Positions 1 to 12,575 of a DNA stretch of 64,000 nucleotides are shown here, one piece after another. A program made the translations under genes and the position numbers. This stretch comes from Alphaproteobacteria bacterium (GTDB taxonomy: Bacteria > Pseudomonadota > Alphaproteobacteria > GCA-2731375). The stretch covers positions 265,080 through 329,079 of the forward strand of contig CBDDBZ010000032.1 of assembly GCA_965225945.1 (NCBI GenBank). Direction: 5' to 3'. The stretch's first letter is position 1. The number at the start of each line of letters is the position of its first letter. The notes beneath the pieces are model-generated. The model ran no database searches. It worked only from the letters and a program-made list of their open reading frames with translations, and was not told the DNA's origin.

Positions 1-917
1 TTGCGATTGCGCGTGAAGCCGTAGCCGAGGCGCAGGTAGGTCCGCTTGGTCTCGCCGACGAGCTTGGCGAAGGCCTCGATCTCGGCCACCGGAACCGCGG
101 TGATGGCGGAGGCCCATTCCGGCGTCCGGGTGGCGAGATGAGCCTCCAGCTCGGCCGGGCAATCGGTGTATTTCGCTAGATAGTCCCGGTCGGCATGACC
201 GTCGCGGAACAGTACGTGCATCACCGCGCAGGCGAATGCGCCGTCGGTGCCGGGCTTGAGGCAGATCTGGATGTCGGCCTGTTCCATCGTGCCGGTGCGG
301 TAGACGTCGACGACCGCGATCCGAGCGCCGCGTTGCTTACGCGCGCGGGTCGCGTGGGTCATGACGTTAACCTGGGTGTTGACCGGGTTGGTGCCCCAGA
401 TCACCACCAGGTCGGATTTCGCCATTTCCCGGGGGTCGGCGCCGGCGAGCTTGCCGGTACCGGCAATGAAACCGTTCCAGGCGAGGGTCACGCAGATCGT
501 CGAATGCTGGCCCGAGTATTTCTTGGCGTGGCGCAGGCGGTGAATGCCGTCGCGCATCACCAGGCCCATGGTGCCGGCGTAGAAGTAGGGCCAGACGGTC
601 TCGGAGCCGAAGCTCCGTTCGGCCTTCGTCAGGCCCTCCGCCGTCTCGTCGAGGGCGTCTTCCCAGGAGATCGGCTGGAACTCGGCGCTCCCCTTGGCGC
701 CGACGCGGCGCATCGGTCGAGTTAGGCGGTCGGGATGATGGATGCGCTCGGCGTAGCGGGCGACCTTGGCGCAGATCACGCCGGCCGTATAGCCGTTGTC
801 CTTGGCGCCCCGGATCCGGCCGATCGTGCGCGGGTCCAGCCGTTCGACCTCCAGCGCGCAGGTCGAGGGGCAATCGTGGGGACAGGCGCTGTAGCGGATT
901 TCCGGTCGGGCGTTCAC
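1..917 (-). CDS. Molybdopterin-dependent oxidoreductase (BisC/FdhF-like), runs off the left edge of the window
   Basis: GTG start at 917 after GGAGGAG; N-terminus MNARPEIRYSACPHDCPSTCALEV (Fe-S motif); downstream YYYAGTMG and WGTNPVNTQ motifs. Confidence 0.85.
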   Translation of the reverse strand, partial: MNARPEIRYSACPHDCPSTCALEVERLDPRTIGRIRGAKDNGYTAGVICAKVARYAERIHHPDRLTRPMRRVGAKGSAEFQPISWEDALDETAEGLTKAERSFGSETVWPYFYAGTMGLVMRDGIHRLRHAKKYSGQHSTICVTLAWNGFIAGTGKLAGADPREMAKSDLVVIWGTNPVNTQVNVMTHATRARKQRGARIAVVDVYRTGTMEQADIQICLKPGTDGAFACAVMHVLFRDGHADRDYLAKYTDCPAELEAHLATRTPEWASAITAVPVAEIEAFAKLVGETKRTYLRLGYGFTRNR

Positions 918-1026
918 GACGCGACTCCTCCTGGCGACGACGGCTCGCTCGACACCATGTCGACTTCACCCCAATGGCGCAAGAACTCCCGATCCCTTGT
1001 CCGGCGCGCCGTAGCCGGCGGATCGT

Positions 1027-1545
1027 TCAATCGCGCGGTGGCGGCGGTGGCGGTGGGCCGTCGTGGCGGCGACGGCCGTGACGGCCGCGCTGGCGAGTCA
1101 TCCGTTCGGCCAGCAGGCGGCGGGTCTCGGGGTCGACCCGCTCGATCAGCTCGACCATCGCCGCATGCACCCGGGCATGCGCATCGCCCGATCGCGCGCG
1201 CAATTCGTCGAACGCGCGGGTCAGGCGATTGGGCTCGTAGGGCACGGCGATCAGGGCGTCGTGCGCCTCCCGCCGGGCCCGGTGGAGCGCACGGAAGGCG
1301 GCGCCGATCTCGCCGCCACGCCGCTCCAGGATTTGCCGGGCCTCGGCCCGAGCCGGCTCCGGCAGGCGCTCGGCCATGCGCAGGATGTCGAGGCGCGGCG
1401 GGCCCAGGTGAAAGGCGCGGCCAGCGGCCGGTGGATCCCGCCAGTCGCGGATCCAGCCACCGAGGAGTATCCCACCCCCGAACAGGTTGACGGCGAGGGA
1501 GCCAGCCAGCAACCAGCCGAGCCATTTGCCGCCGGGAAAGGTCAT
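1027..1545 (-). CDS. Periplasmic heavy-metal sensor / CpxP-ZraP-like protein
   Basis: MTFPGGKWLGWLLAGSLAVNLF membrane anchor followed by a helical domain; ATGA overlap with the upstream anti-sigma gene. Confidence 0.7.
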   Translation of the reverse strand: MTFPGGKWLGWLLAGSLAVNLFGGGILLGGWIRDWRDPPAAGRAFHLGPPRLDILRMAERLPEPARAEARQILERRGGEIGAAFRALHRARREAHDALIAVPYEPNRLTRAFDELRARSGDAHARVHAAMVELIERVDPETRRLLAERMTRQRGRHGRRRHDGPPPPPPPRD

Positions 1546-2000
1546 TGCGCCGCCTCGCCACCTTCCGCCTCGTCGTCGCTCTCGGCGAAGGCGAAGGTCA
1601 CCAGGTCGACGTCGAGCGCCAGGGCCGCCGGCCGGTGCAGGCCGCTCGAGCCGACGGCGATGCCAGCTAAGCCGGCAACCAGCATGGCGGTGGCCGGCCG
1701 CCAGGCGATCGCCAACCCCGCGAACCTGCTGCGCCACAAGGGTGGCGGCGGCGGCGGCGCCGCCGCGATCAGCCGGCCCTCCAGCGCGCTGGAGGGCGCG
1801 GGCGCCGGTATCGTGTCGAGCAGCGAGTCGAGCGCCGCTTCCTCGGCCATCATGCGGCGGGCCGCCACGGATCGGGCGAGCAGCGCCTGCGCCGCTTCGC
1901 GCTCCGCCTCGGGCCAGCGTTCCGATGCCGCGCCATGGGCCCGAATCAGCGCCTGGAGCCGTGCCTCGTTCATCCCTCTCAGCGCCCCGTCAGCGGTCAT
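1542..2000 (-). CDS. Membrane-anchored anti-sigma factor
   Basis: ALIRAHGAASERWPEAER...AALDSLL N-terminus plus a TM segment; TGATG overlap with the ECF sigma gene. Confidence 0.7.
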   Translation of the reverse strand: MTADGALRGMNEARLQALIRAHGAASERWPEAEREAAQALLARSVAARRMMAEEAALDSLLDTIPAPAPSSALEGRLIAAAPPPPPPLWRSRFAGLAIAWRPATAMLVAGLAGIAVGSSGLHRPAALALDVDLVTFAFAESDDEAEGGEAAQ

Positions 2001-2572
2001 CACGGCTCTCCCAACAGCTCGGGTCGACGGCTCGCCAACTCTTCCCGCAGACGCCGGCGGGCCCGGGCCAACAGGCTCTCCAACGCCTCGACGCCGATCT
2101 CCATGACCGCCGCCGCCTCGATGTTGCCGAGATCCTGATAATACGCGAGGACCAGCGCGATTCGCTGGCGCTCCGGCAGCACGGCGATCGCGCGAGCGAC
2201 GATAGCGGCGCGCTCGCGGCGTTCGAACTCGGCGCCGGCCCCGGGGTCGACCATGGGGTCGCGCGGGTCGCCGGCCGCTTCCAGGGCGACCTCGCGGCGC
2301 CGGCGCAGCCGGTCGATGCAGGCGTTCTTCGCCACCCGGTGCAACCAGGTCGACACTCGCGCCTCCCCGGGCCGCCAGCGCGACGCGCGGAGCCAGAGGG
2401 CGAGAATGCTCTCCTGGGCCACGTCCTCGGCCTCGACCGCGTCGCCGAGGATGCGCGCGGCGAAGGCGACGACCGGCCCCAGGTGGCGATCGAGCAGGCG
2501 CCGGCAAGCGGTTTCGTCGCCTCGCGCGACCCGGGCGACGAGCGCATCGTCCTCGTCCTCCCGGGTCGACAT
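2000..2572 (-). CDS. ECF RNA polymerase sigma factor
   Basis: AEDVAQE...TWLHRVAKNACIDRLRRR (region 2); LPERQRIALVL...EAAAVMEIGVEALESLLARARRRL (region 4). Confidence 0.93.
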   Translation of the reverse strand: MSTREDEDDALVARVARGDETACRRLLDRHLGPVVAFAARILGDAVEAEDVAQESILALWLRASRWRPGEARVSTWLHRVAKNACIDRLRRRREVALEAAGDPRDPMVDPGAGAEFERRERAAIVARAIAVLPERQRIALVLAYYQDLGNIEAAAVMEIGVEALESLLARARRRLREELASRRPELLGEP

Positions 2573-2587
2573 CGAGGCGGCGCGGGC

Positions 2588-3082
2588 CTAGCGGCGATGG
2601 CGGCGGCGCCGGCTACCGATGTCATCTACGGTGAGCGCGCCGTCGCCGTCGGCATCGAGCCGACTCCAGCGCCTGTCGGAAACCGCGCGCATCTCTTGCT
2701 CGTCGAGCGCGCCGTCGCCGTTCTTGTCCAGACGCTTGAAGTGGGCCTCCCGACGGAGCTGCTTGCGCGCTTCCATGTAGGCCGCCATCTCGTCGAGCTC
2801 GAGCTTCTGGTTGTTGTTGGCGTCGGCCTCGGCGAAAGCGGCGCGATGGGGCGCGTCGAATTCGTCGCGATCGATCCGCCCATCCTCGTTGGCATCGAGC
2901 ATGCGCAGCATCGGGCCGCCGTGACCGGGACCGTGCCCCCGATCACCGGCGGCGAGGGCGGCGGCGGTGGCGGCGAGCAGCACGCCGGCGGCCACCAGCG
3001 CGGTGATCTTGAACGGGGGTCGGGAGGGCAGGTTTGGCAGGGCGCGCGCGGGCTCGCAAGGTTTCTCCTTCTGCAGTGCCAT
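2588..3082 (-). CDS. Secreted EF-hand protein with 4 loops
   Basis: Signal-like hydrophobic stretch; loops DANEDGRIDRDE, DANNNQKLELDE, DKNGDGALDEQE, DADGDGALTVDD. Confidence 0.85.
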   Translation of the reverse strand: MALQKEKPCEPARALPNLPSRPPFKITALVAAGVLLAATAAALAAGDRGHGPGHGGPMLRMLDANEDGRIDRDEFDAPHRAAFAEADANNNQKLELDEMAAYMEARKQLRREAHFKRLDKNGDGALDEQEMRAVSDRRWSRLDADGDGALTVDDIGSRRRRHRR

Positions 3083-3162
3083 CGGCGCGCCGCTATCCTC
3101 GGCCGCCTTACCTACTCACACGGACGAGCCCAGGGAATCCGTCGCGCCCGGGTCAATTTTTT

Positions 3163-4356
3163 TCACGCCTCCGGCGCCGCCAAAAGCTTCATCGCGGCCT
3201 CGACGCCGCTCCCGCCGCGCGGCACGCCCTCGATGTCGAGGGCCATCTCGACCACGGCCAGCATGGCGAGCATCATGGCCTCGTTCAGATCTCCCATGTG
3301 GGCGATACGGAAGGCACGTCCGGCGAGCTTGCCAAGGCCGCCACCGAGCAGGACGTTGAAGCGAACCGCGGTGGTTTTCCGCACCGCCTCCCCATCGTGG
3401 CCCTCCGGCAGCAGCACGGTGGAGACGGAATCGCTATGCTCGCGGGGATCGAGGGACAGGAGCTCCGGGCCGACGCCGTCTCCCCGCCACGCCCTGATGG
3501 CGGCCCGTGTCGCCGCGCCCAAGCGACGATGGCGAGCGAAGGTCCGCTCCAGCCCCTCCTCCTCCAGCATGCGGATCGATTCCTGGAGGCCGTAGACCAG
3601 GTGCACCGGCGAGGTGCTGGTGAAGCCGAGCCGTCCGCCGCGGGGCCGAAGTGCCTTCCAATCCCAGTAGCTGCGTCCGAGACCCGCCGTTTCGGCCGCG
3701 GCCACCGCCTTGGGACCGGCGCCGACGAAGCCCAGGCCGGGCGGCAACATCAAGCCCTTCTGCGAGCCGCCGACCGCCACGTCGACGCCCCATTCGTCCA
3801 TCCGAAAGTCGATGCTGGCGAGAGAGGAAATGGTGTCGACCATGAAGAGGGCGCCGTGTCCGGCCGCGTCGATCGCCCGGCGCACCTCCGCCACCCGGCT
3901 GGCGATTCCGGTCGAAGTCTCGTTGTGCACCAGGCAGAGCGCCTTGATCTCGCCGCCCGTATCGCGGCGCAGGCGGTCCCGAATCGCGTCCGGGTCGGGT
4001 CCGTGGCGCCAGTCGCCTTCCATCCGCTCCGCTACCAGGGCGAGATCGCTCGCCAACTCCTCCCACCAGAGCGAGAAGGCGCCGGTCTCCGGCACCAGCA
4101 CCCGGTCCCCCGGCGAGAGCGTGTTGACGAACGCCGCCTCCCAGGCGCCGCGCCCGCTGGAGGCATAGGCGAAGACGTCGTGCTCGGTCCGGAAGACCCA
4201 TTTCAGGCCCTCGAAGATCTCCTCCTGCACCTGGAGAAAGGCAGGGCTGTTGAAGTCGGTCGCCGGCCGGTCCATGGCCCGGAGGATCCGATCGGGGATG
4301 TTGGTCGGCCCGGGGATCGCCAGGAGCTGGCGGCCCCGGAGGACGGGTTGGTTCAT
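3163..4356 (-). CDS. Class V PLP aminotransferase (serine--glyoxylate aminotransferase-like)
   Basis: IPGPTN, VHNETSTG, VDTISSL, GSQKGLMLPPG motifs. Confidence 0.9.
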   Translation of the reverse strand: MNQPVLRGRQLLAIPGPTNIPDRILRAMDRPATDFNSPAFLQVQEEIFEGLKWVFRTEHDVFAYASSGRGAWEAAFVNTLSPGDRVLVPETGAFSLWWEELASDLALVAERMEGDWRHGPDPDAIRDRLRRDTGGEIKALCLVHNETSTGIASRVAEVRRAIDAAGHGALFMVDTISSLASIDFRMDEWGVDVAVGGSQKGLMLPPGLGFVGAGPKAVAAAETAGLGRSYWDWKALRPRGGRLGFTSTSPVHLVYGLQESIRMLEEEGLERTFARHRRLGAATRAAIRAWRGDGVGPELLSLDPREHSDSVSTVLLPEGHDGEAVRKTTAVRFNVLLGGGLGKLAGRAFRIAHMGDLNEAMMLAMLAVVEMALDIEGVPRGGSGVEAAMKLLAAPEA

Positions 4357-4371
4357 GGGCGGGCGCTCGGG

Positions 4372-4583
4372 TCAGTAGACGTGTTCGTCGAGGCTCGGCA
4401 GCAGGAAGGCGCCGAAGACGCTCGGGCCGGTCACCGGCGGGGCCGGTGTGACGAAGCTCTCGTCGATTTCGCTGGGCGAGGCGGCGCCGACAGAACTCTC
4501 CCAGATGCCGCGGCCCGTCCGGGCCCGCGCCGCCTTGACGATTTCGTGCAGATTGAGGAACGCCTCGGCCCCCGTGCTCGCCA
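4372..4583 (-). pseudogene. N-terminal remnant of an FMN-dependent alpha-hydroxy acid oxidase
   Basis: FLNLHEIVKAARARTGRGIWE resembles this family's N-terminus; the ORF stops after ~70 aa. Confidence 0.5.
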
Positions 4584-4794
4584 TCCCGCCACCTCGCTTC
4601 GCTCTTCGGCGGGCTACTTCTAGCAGCAAATCCGCCGCCCGGGTCGGTGGAATCGGGCATCGGGCAGATCATACCCATTTGGGTGATGTCGTCCGCCGGG
4701 AGAATTCGTAAATATTCGGTTAACGAACAGAATTGGGAATGCCGCCAGATTGGCATTAATTCCGCGACACTCGCGGTCAAGGAGGTCGTAACAC

Positions 4795-5058
4795 ATGCGT
4801 TATCCAGAAGCCGTCCTCGAGCTCAGGCACGATCGTAATCCCTGCCGGGTCGAGGAACTCTCGCCGGCCGCGGCCTGCATCCGCACCGAACGAAGCACCG
4901 CCGATCTCGACGGCGCCGAAGCGGTTCTCGTGATCCCGGGCTACGGCCATATTCCGGCCGAGGTGGTGGTCCTGACGGACGGCTCGACCGGACTCATGTT
5001 CTTGCATGACGGCCGGGCGCGGGACGCCATGCGCTGCTGGATCGCCAGCACGCAATAA
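4795..5058 (+). CDS. Small PilZ-like protein with degenerate motifs
   Basis: AAGGAGG RBS; CRVEELSPAAACI...VLVIPGYGHIPAEVV...GLMF beta-barrel pattern. Confidence 0.5.
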   Translation: MRYPEAVLELRHDRNPCRVEELSPAAACIRTERSTADLDGAEAVLVIPGYGHIPAEVVVLTDGSTGLMFLHDGRARDAMRCWIASTQ

Positions 5059-5251
5059 TGTCGAGGCGCCAGCTCCCCCGCCCCTCTCCCCTGGCCAAAC
5101 CACCCAGGAATGGTACCCTCATGGATGGCCCAGAGGAGGAGCGGGGCGGACGGGGCTCATGTCCTTTGGTATAATATCGAGGCGCCCGAGAGCGCCCCGA
5201 TCCCACACCCGGGGAACCCCCTCACCCCCCGGCACGTCGCGAGGGGCGTGA

Positions 5252-5914
5252 ATGCGGAGACGATATGCGTTGCTCGGTCCGCTGCTCGCCCTGGGCCTGC
5301 TGCTGTCGTGCGACGCCCCTCGGGCCCCACCTTCGAAAACGTCCCTCGCGACGCCAGATCCTTCAGAGAGCGAATCCGCCGGCGTCGCGATCCAGGTCAC
5401 CAGCAACGGCTGGCATACCGATATCGTCGTCGCCCAGGGCGAGGCGGTCCGGCGCGCGATCCCGGAGGTGGCGGATTTTCCCGACGCGCGCTATCTGAGC
5501 TTCGGCTGGGGCGACGCCGAGTTCTATCGGACGCCGGACCCGGGCTTGGCCATGACGCTTCAGGCCGCGCTGGCGCCGACCCCGGCGGTGGTACATCTGG
5601 TCGGACTGCGCCGCCAACCGGGCGAGGCCTTCCCCTCGGCGGAGGTCATCACCATCACCGTGACGGCGCCCCGATACGAGGCGCTGCTCGCCCATCTCGC
5701 CGCCGCCTTCGATCGCGGCGGTCGGGATCGGGTCAGCGCGCTGGGACCGGGACTCTATTCCAGCAGTCGCTTCTACCCCGGAAGCGGTGAATTTCACCTC
5801 TTCAACACCTGCAACACGTGGACCGCCAACGGCTTGGCGGTGGCGGGGGTGCTGCAGGCGGCGGACGGCATCATCCGGGCGGAGACGCTGATGTCACGGC
5901 TCCGCACGCCATGA
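5252..5914 (+). CDS. DUF2459 / TIGR02117-like protein, possible lipoprotein
   Basis: SNGWHTDIV, FGWGD, FHLFNTCNTWTA motifs; LLLSC lipobox-like. Confidence 0.8.
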   Translation: MRRRYALLGPLLALGLLLSCDAPRAPPSKTSLATPDPSESESAGVAIQVTSNGWHTDIVVAQGEAVRRAIPEVADFPDARYLSFGWGDAEFYRTPDPGLAMTLQAALAPTPAVVHLVGLRRQPGEAFPSAEVITITVTAPRYEALLAHLAAAFDRGGRDRVSALGPGLYSSSRFYPGSGEFHLFNTCNTWTANGLAVAGVLQAADGIIRAETLMSRLRTP

Positions 5915-5972
5915 TAGGATGTGCGCCCCGACCGTCGAAGGGTCGGCGTTTCGAAACGGAAGGTCCCGGCGG

Positions 5973-6824
5973 ATGTCCGAAATCTCGCCGCTCTGGCCCG
6001 CGAGGCTGCATCATCTCCGGCTCGACAGCGAGGCGCCGGAGGCCCTGATCGAATTTTATCGTGACGGCTTCCAGATGACGGCGCGACGGCTCGGCGGCGA
6101 CCTCTGGCGGCTCGACGGGCGCGAGCGGCGGCTGCTGATCGGCCGGGGTGTCGACGAGACCGTGGCCTATGGCGCCTTTGCGCTGGACGATCCCGCGCGC
6201 CTGGACGCCCTGCATCGCCGGCTGGAGGCCCACGACGTGCCAATGCTCGCCAATCCGAGCCCGCTCTTCGGCAACGCCGCCTTCGCGATCCACGATCCCG
6301 ACGGCCAGACCGTCGTCTTCGGCGTACCGGGGGCGGAAGCCGAATGCGATGCAGCGGCGACCGGGCTTCCCGGGCGAACCCAGCACCTGGTATTCGCTTC
6401 CGAGCAGCCAGAGGAGGTCGCCGCTTTTTACCGTGACGTTCTCGGCTTCATGGTCTCGGACGAGGTGCGGGACGACGAAGGGCGGCTCGGCGCCTGTTTC
6501 CTGCGCTCCGACGAAGAGCATCATTCCTATGCCGTGTTCCGCTCCGAGGGCGCGCGCTACGATCATCACGCGCTGGAGACGAGCTGCTGGAACGACATCC
6601 GCGACTGGGCCGATCATTTCGTACGCATGCGGGTGCCGCTCTGGTGGGGGCCGGGACGGCACGGGCCGGGCAACAACCTCTTCGCCATGGTCCGTGATCC
6701 CGACGGCAACCGCATCGAGCTCTCGGCCGAGATCGAGCGCATGCCCGCTGAGATGGCGTTCCGCTCCTGGCCGCACGAGGAATTCACCCTCAACATGTGG
6801 GGCGGCGCCTGGATGCGGAACTGA
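5973..6824 (+). CDS. Two-domain VOC family protein (extradiol dioxygenase-like)
   Basis: RLHHL, HLVF, HHS, DHHAL, WGPGRHGPGNNLF..RDPDGNRIE motifs. Confidence 0.85.
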   Translation: MSEISPLWPARLHHLRLDSEAPEALIEFYRDGFQMTARRLGGDLWRLDGRERRLLIGRGVDETVAYGAFALDDPARLDALHRRLEAHDVPMLANPSPLFGNAAFAIHDPDGQTVVFGVPGAEAECDAAATGLPGRTQHLVFASEQPEEVAAFYRDVLGFMVSDEVRDDEGRLGACFLRSDEEHHSYAVFRSEGARYDHHALETSCWNDIRDWADHFVRMRVPLWWGPGRHGPGNNLFAMVRDPDGNRIELSAEIERMPAEMAFRSWPHEEFTLNMWGGAWMRN

Positions 6825-6830
6825 GGCTCG

Positions 6831-7147
6831 GTGTCCGACCGAAACGAACGCCGCCTGGACCGAGCCGCTACGATCCGCGTCTTCCGCGCCCGCCTACGCG
6901 AGGCGATGGAGGCGCAAATTCTCACCCAATCGGGCCCAGGCGCGCGCCGCCGACCGCCTGGCCTACAGCCGCCGGCTGGAGACCGACATCGAGGTCTGCA
7001 ACACAGTGCAGGCGATCGAGGGATTCGCCCGGGGCGAGGGCCTCTGGGCCACTCTCGACATCAACGATCCGCGCCGCCGTGGTCCAGCCGACCGACGTCG
7101 CTGCCTTCCTCCGCACGCTGCTGAAGCGGACCGAGGTGGCGCCATAG
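6831..7147 (+). pseudogene. Internally deleted XRE-type transcriptional regulator remnant
   Basis: LDRAATIRVFRARLREAM N-terminus joined out of frame to RLAYSRRLETDIEVC...EGFARGEGLW; the HTH core is missing. Confidence 0.5.
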
Positions 7148-7274
7148 CGTCGAGCCTTGTCGCCCTGGCTCGGATCGCCTCCGCTGCCGGCGGTCGCGAC
7201 GCGGCCCCCACCATTGCGGCGATGTGCTACCCATGGCGATGATCTTGGAGGGACCCCAGCGGCGGGAGGTGAAA

Positions 7275-8552
7275 ATGACGGCGCTCAACGAATTGACGGC
7301 GGTCGAGGCGGCCAGGCGGATCCGCGCCGGCGAGATCACCAGCGAGGCCCTGGTCCGCGCCTGCCTGGAGCGGATCGAGACCCGGGACGACACCGTCCAC
7401 GCCTGGGTGGCGCTCGACCCCGACCAGGCAATCGCCCAGGCCCGCGCGGCGGACCAACAGCCGGCGGAAAGCCCGATTCACGGCCTTCCCGTCGGCATCA
7501 AGGACATCATCAATACCGCCGACCTGCCGACGCGCCACGGCTCCCCGATATATGCCGACAACCGGCCGTCGGGCGATGCCGCCTGCGTCGCCATGATCCG
7601 CCGTGGCCACGGCGTGATCCTGGGCAAGACGGTGACCACCGAGTTCGCCTATCTGACCCCGCGCGAGACGCGAAACCCGCACGATCCGACGCGCACGCCC
7701 GGCGGCTCCTCTTCCGGCTCCGCCGCCGCCGTGGCCGATGCCATGGTGCCGCTCGCCTATGGCACCCAGACCGCCGGCTCGGTGATCCGCCCCGCGGCCT
7801 TTTGCGGCGTGGTCGCCTACAAGGGCTCCTTCGGGGCCTTGCCGATGGCCGGCATCAAGCCCTTCGCGCCGCTCCTCGACACGCTCGGCATCTTCGCCCG
7901 CCAGGTGGCCGACACGGCGCTGCTCAGAAGCGCGCTGAGCGGCTCAGCCGCGACGCCGTCCTCGCTCGACCGACCGCCCCGTATCGCCCTCTTTCGTGCC
8001 CCTGAGTGGGACCGGGCCGACGCGGCGAGCAAGGATGCGGTCGAGGGCGCGGCAGCGCGCCTGGCGACGGCCGGCGCCGAGGTCGCCGAAGTGGCGCCGC
8101 CCGACGCCTTCGCCGATCTCGTCGAGGCACAAATGCTGGTGCTCGGCTACGAGGGCGCGCGTTCCTACGCCTCGGAATATCAGCGGGCGCCGGAACTGAT
8201 GAGCGACGGGATCCGGGCGGAGATCGAGAACGGTCTGGCGATTGCGCACGCCGATTACGTGGCCGCCTGGCGGCTCGCCTCGTTTTGCCAGGGACTGCTG
8301 AACGGCATCCTGGACGATTGTGACGTCCTGCTGGCGCCGAGCGCGGTGGGCGAGGCGCCGGTCGGCGAGGCCACGGGCGATCCGCTGTTCAACCGGGCCT
8401 GGACCTTCCTGCACGCCGCCTGCCTGACGCTGCCGGCCGCCCGGGGACCGAACGGCATGCCGGTGGGCATCCAGGCGATCGCCGGCCCGGGCCAAGACGA
8501 CCACTTGCTCGCCGTCGGTCAATGGATGGAGGCCGCGCTCTCGATGAACTGA
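7275..8552 (+). CDS. Amidase (amidase-signature family)
   Basis: GLPVGIKD, GKTVTTEFA, PGGSSSGSAAAVA, GTQTAGSVIRPA. Confidence 0.93.
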   Translation: MTALNELTAVEAARRIRAGEITSEALVRACLERIETRDDTVHAWVALDPDQAIAQARAADQQPAESPIHGLPVGIKDIINTADLPTRHGSPIYADNRPSGDAACVAMIRRGHGVILGKTVTTEFAYLTPRETRNPHDPTRTPGGSSSGSAAAVADAMVPLAYGTQTAGSVIRPAAFCGVVAYKGSFGALPMAGIKPFAPLLDTLGIFARQVADTALLRSALSGSAATPSSLDRPPRIALFRAPEWDRADAASKDAVEGAAARLATAGAEVAEVAPPDAFADLVEAQMLVLGYEGARSYASEYQRAPELMSDGIRAEIENGLAIAHADYVAAWRLASFCQGLLNGILDDCDVLLAPSAVGEAPVGEATGDPLFNRAWTFLHAACLTLPAARGPNGMPVGIQAIAGPGQDDHLLAVGQWMEAALSMN

Positions 8553-8607
8553 TGGTGTTCCCGTGAAGACGTACACCGAGCCAAGCGACGGACTTTTTGA
8601 CCGGGAA

Positions 8608-9504
8608 CTATTTGCTGCCCGAAGGCGCCACCGGGCCGGGGCCGACGACGGGCTTGCCCTCCATGGTGTAGACCTCGACCTTGGCCCCGGCGCGGAGCTC
8701 GGCGAGGATCTCGGCGATCTTCTCCTGGGCGATCTGGCTGCGGATCTGGTCGCGCACCTGCTCAAAGGCGGGGCCGGCGCCGGCGCGCCGCGCCTCCACC
8801 TTGATGATGTGCCAGCCGAACCGGGTCTGGACCGGCTCGGAGACCGCGCCCGGCGCCAGCGCGAAGGCCACCTCGGCGAAGGCCGGTACCATGTCGCGCT
8901 TGCGGAAGAAGCCGAGATCGCCGCCCCGGGGCCCGGACGGGCCCTTGGAACGGGTCTTCGCCAGCTCGGCGAAGTCGGCGCCGCCCGCGAGCTCGACGGC
9001 CACCGCGCGGGCGTCGAGCTCGCTCTCCAGCAGGATGTGGCGGGCCCGCACCTCCTCCTCGCCCCGCCTGCCGGCGGCGTCGCGCTCCCAGCGGGCGCGA
9101 ACCGCCTCCTCAGCCAGCAGTGGCTGGACATGGCGGGTCGCGAAGGCCTCCAGCAGCACCAGATCCCGTGCCCGGCGCAGCAGGCGGGCGACGATCGGAT
9201 CCTTCGCCATGCCAGTCCGCTCCGCCTCGCGCGCCATCAGACGGCGCTCCACGACGCTGGCCACCAACTGGGGATAGATTTGCTCCAGCGCCATCTCGCG
9301 GTACTGCTCGGGCAGTCCCAGACGCTCGATTTCGAGCTCCGAGAGGTACAACGCATCGCCGTCGATGCGGGCGATCACGGTATCGGCGCCCGCCTGTTCC
9401 GCGCCCGCGCCGCTCGCGCCGAGCTGGATCGTCTGGGCGCCCGAGGGCGCGGCGGCGAGAACGGTCGCGAGCCCGAAGGCCGCGAGCGGGGGAAGCAAAT
9501 GCAT
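8608..9504 (-). CDS. PpiC/PrsA-type peptidylprolyl isomerase
   Basis: VRARHIL, FAELAK.RS, GGDLG, VQTRFGWHIIK; divergent from secA as is usual in alphaproteobacteria. Confidence 0.92.
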   Translation of the reverse strand: MHLLPPLAAFGLATVLAAAPSGAQTIQLGASGAGAEQAGADTVIARIDGDALYLSELEIERLGLPEQYREMALEQIYPQLVASVVERRLMAREAERTGMAKDPIVARLLRRARDLVLLEAFATRHVQPLLAEEAVRARWERDAAGRRGEEEVRARHILLESELDARAVAVELAGGADFAELAKTRSKGPSGPRGGDLGFFRKRDMVPAFAEVAFALAPGAVSEPVQTRFGWHIIKVEARRAGAGPAFEQVRDQIRSQIAQEKIAEILAELRAGAKVEVYTMEGKPVVGPGPVAPSGSK

Positions 9505-9689
9505 GCCTGGAATCCTTCACTGTCGCGCGATCCCCTCGGGACGCCGTCGGACCGGCCCGATACGCCGTCCGCGCCGCATGATCGGCGGCTCCCGGCGAGC
9601 TGGCAAGCGAGGCATCGCTCGTTTCGAGCTCGCTCGAGGCCGCCCGCCCGCCTGTGTCCGGGCGGAACCGAACCGGACGCGGGCCCGCG

Positions 9690-9718
9690 TTGACAGCTCC
9701 GGCGTCGGTGCTTATGTC
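9690..9718 (+). promoter_or_regulatory. Putative sigma70 promoter of secA
   Basis: TTGACA-17 bp-TATGTC about 95 bp upstream of the secA ATG. Confidence 0.5.
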
Positions 9719-9813
9719 TGGCCACACGGCGAGAGAGGCCTCCCTCGCTCCACCGCTCTCCGCTCGCCGTCGCCGGTAACCGAGGGCCGTTCACGAGGAT
9801 AGAGCGCGCCACC

Positions 9814-12561
<2,748 letters not shown>

Positions 12562-12575
12562 ACGCGCGGGCGACG

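Noticed and set aside
2588-3082. EF-hand protein as lanmodulin
   Set aside because: Loops lack the position-2 Pro (DPDKDG) signature, and no lanthanide genes are nearby
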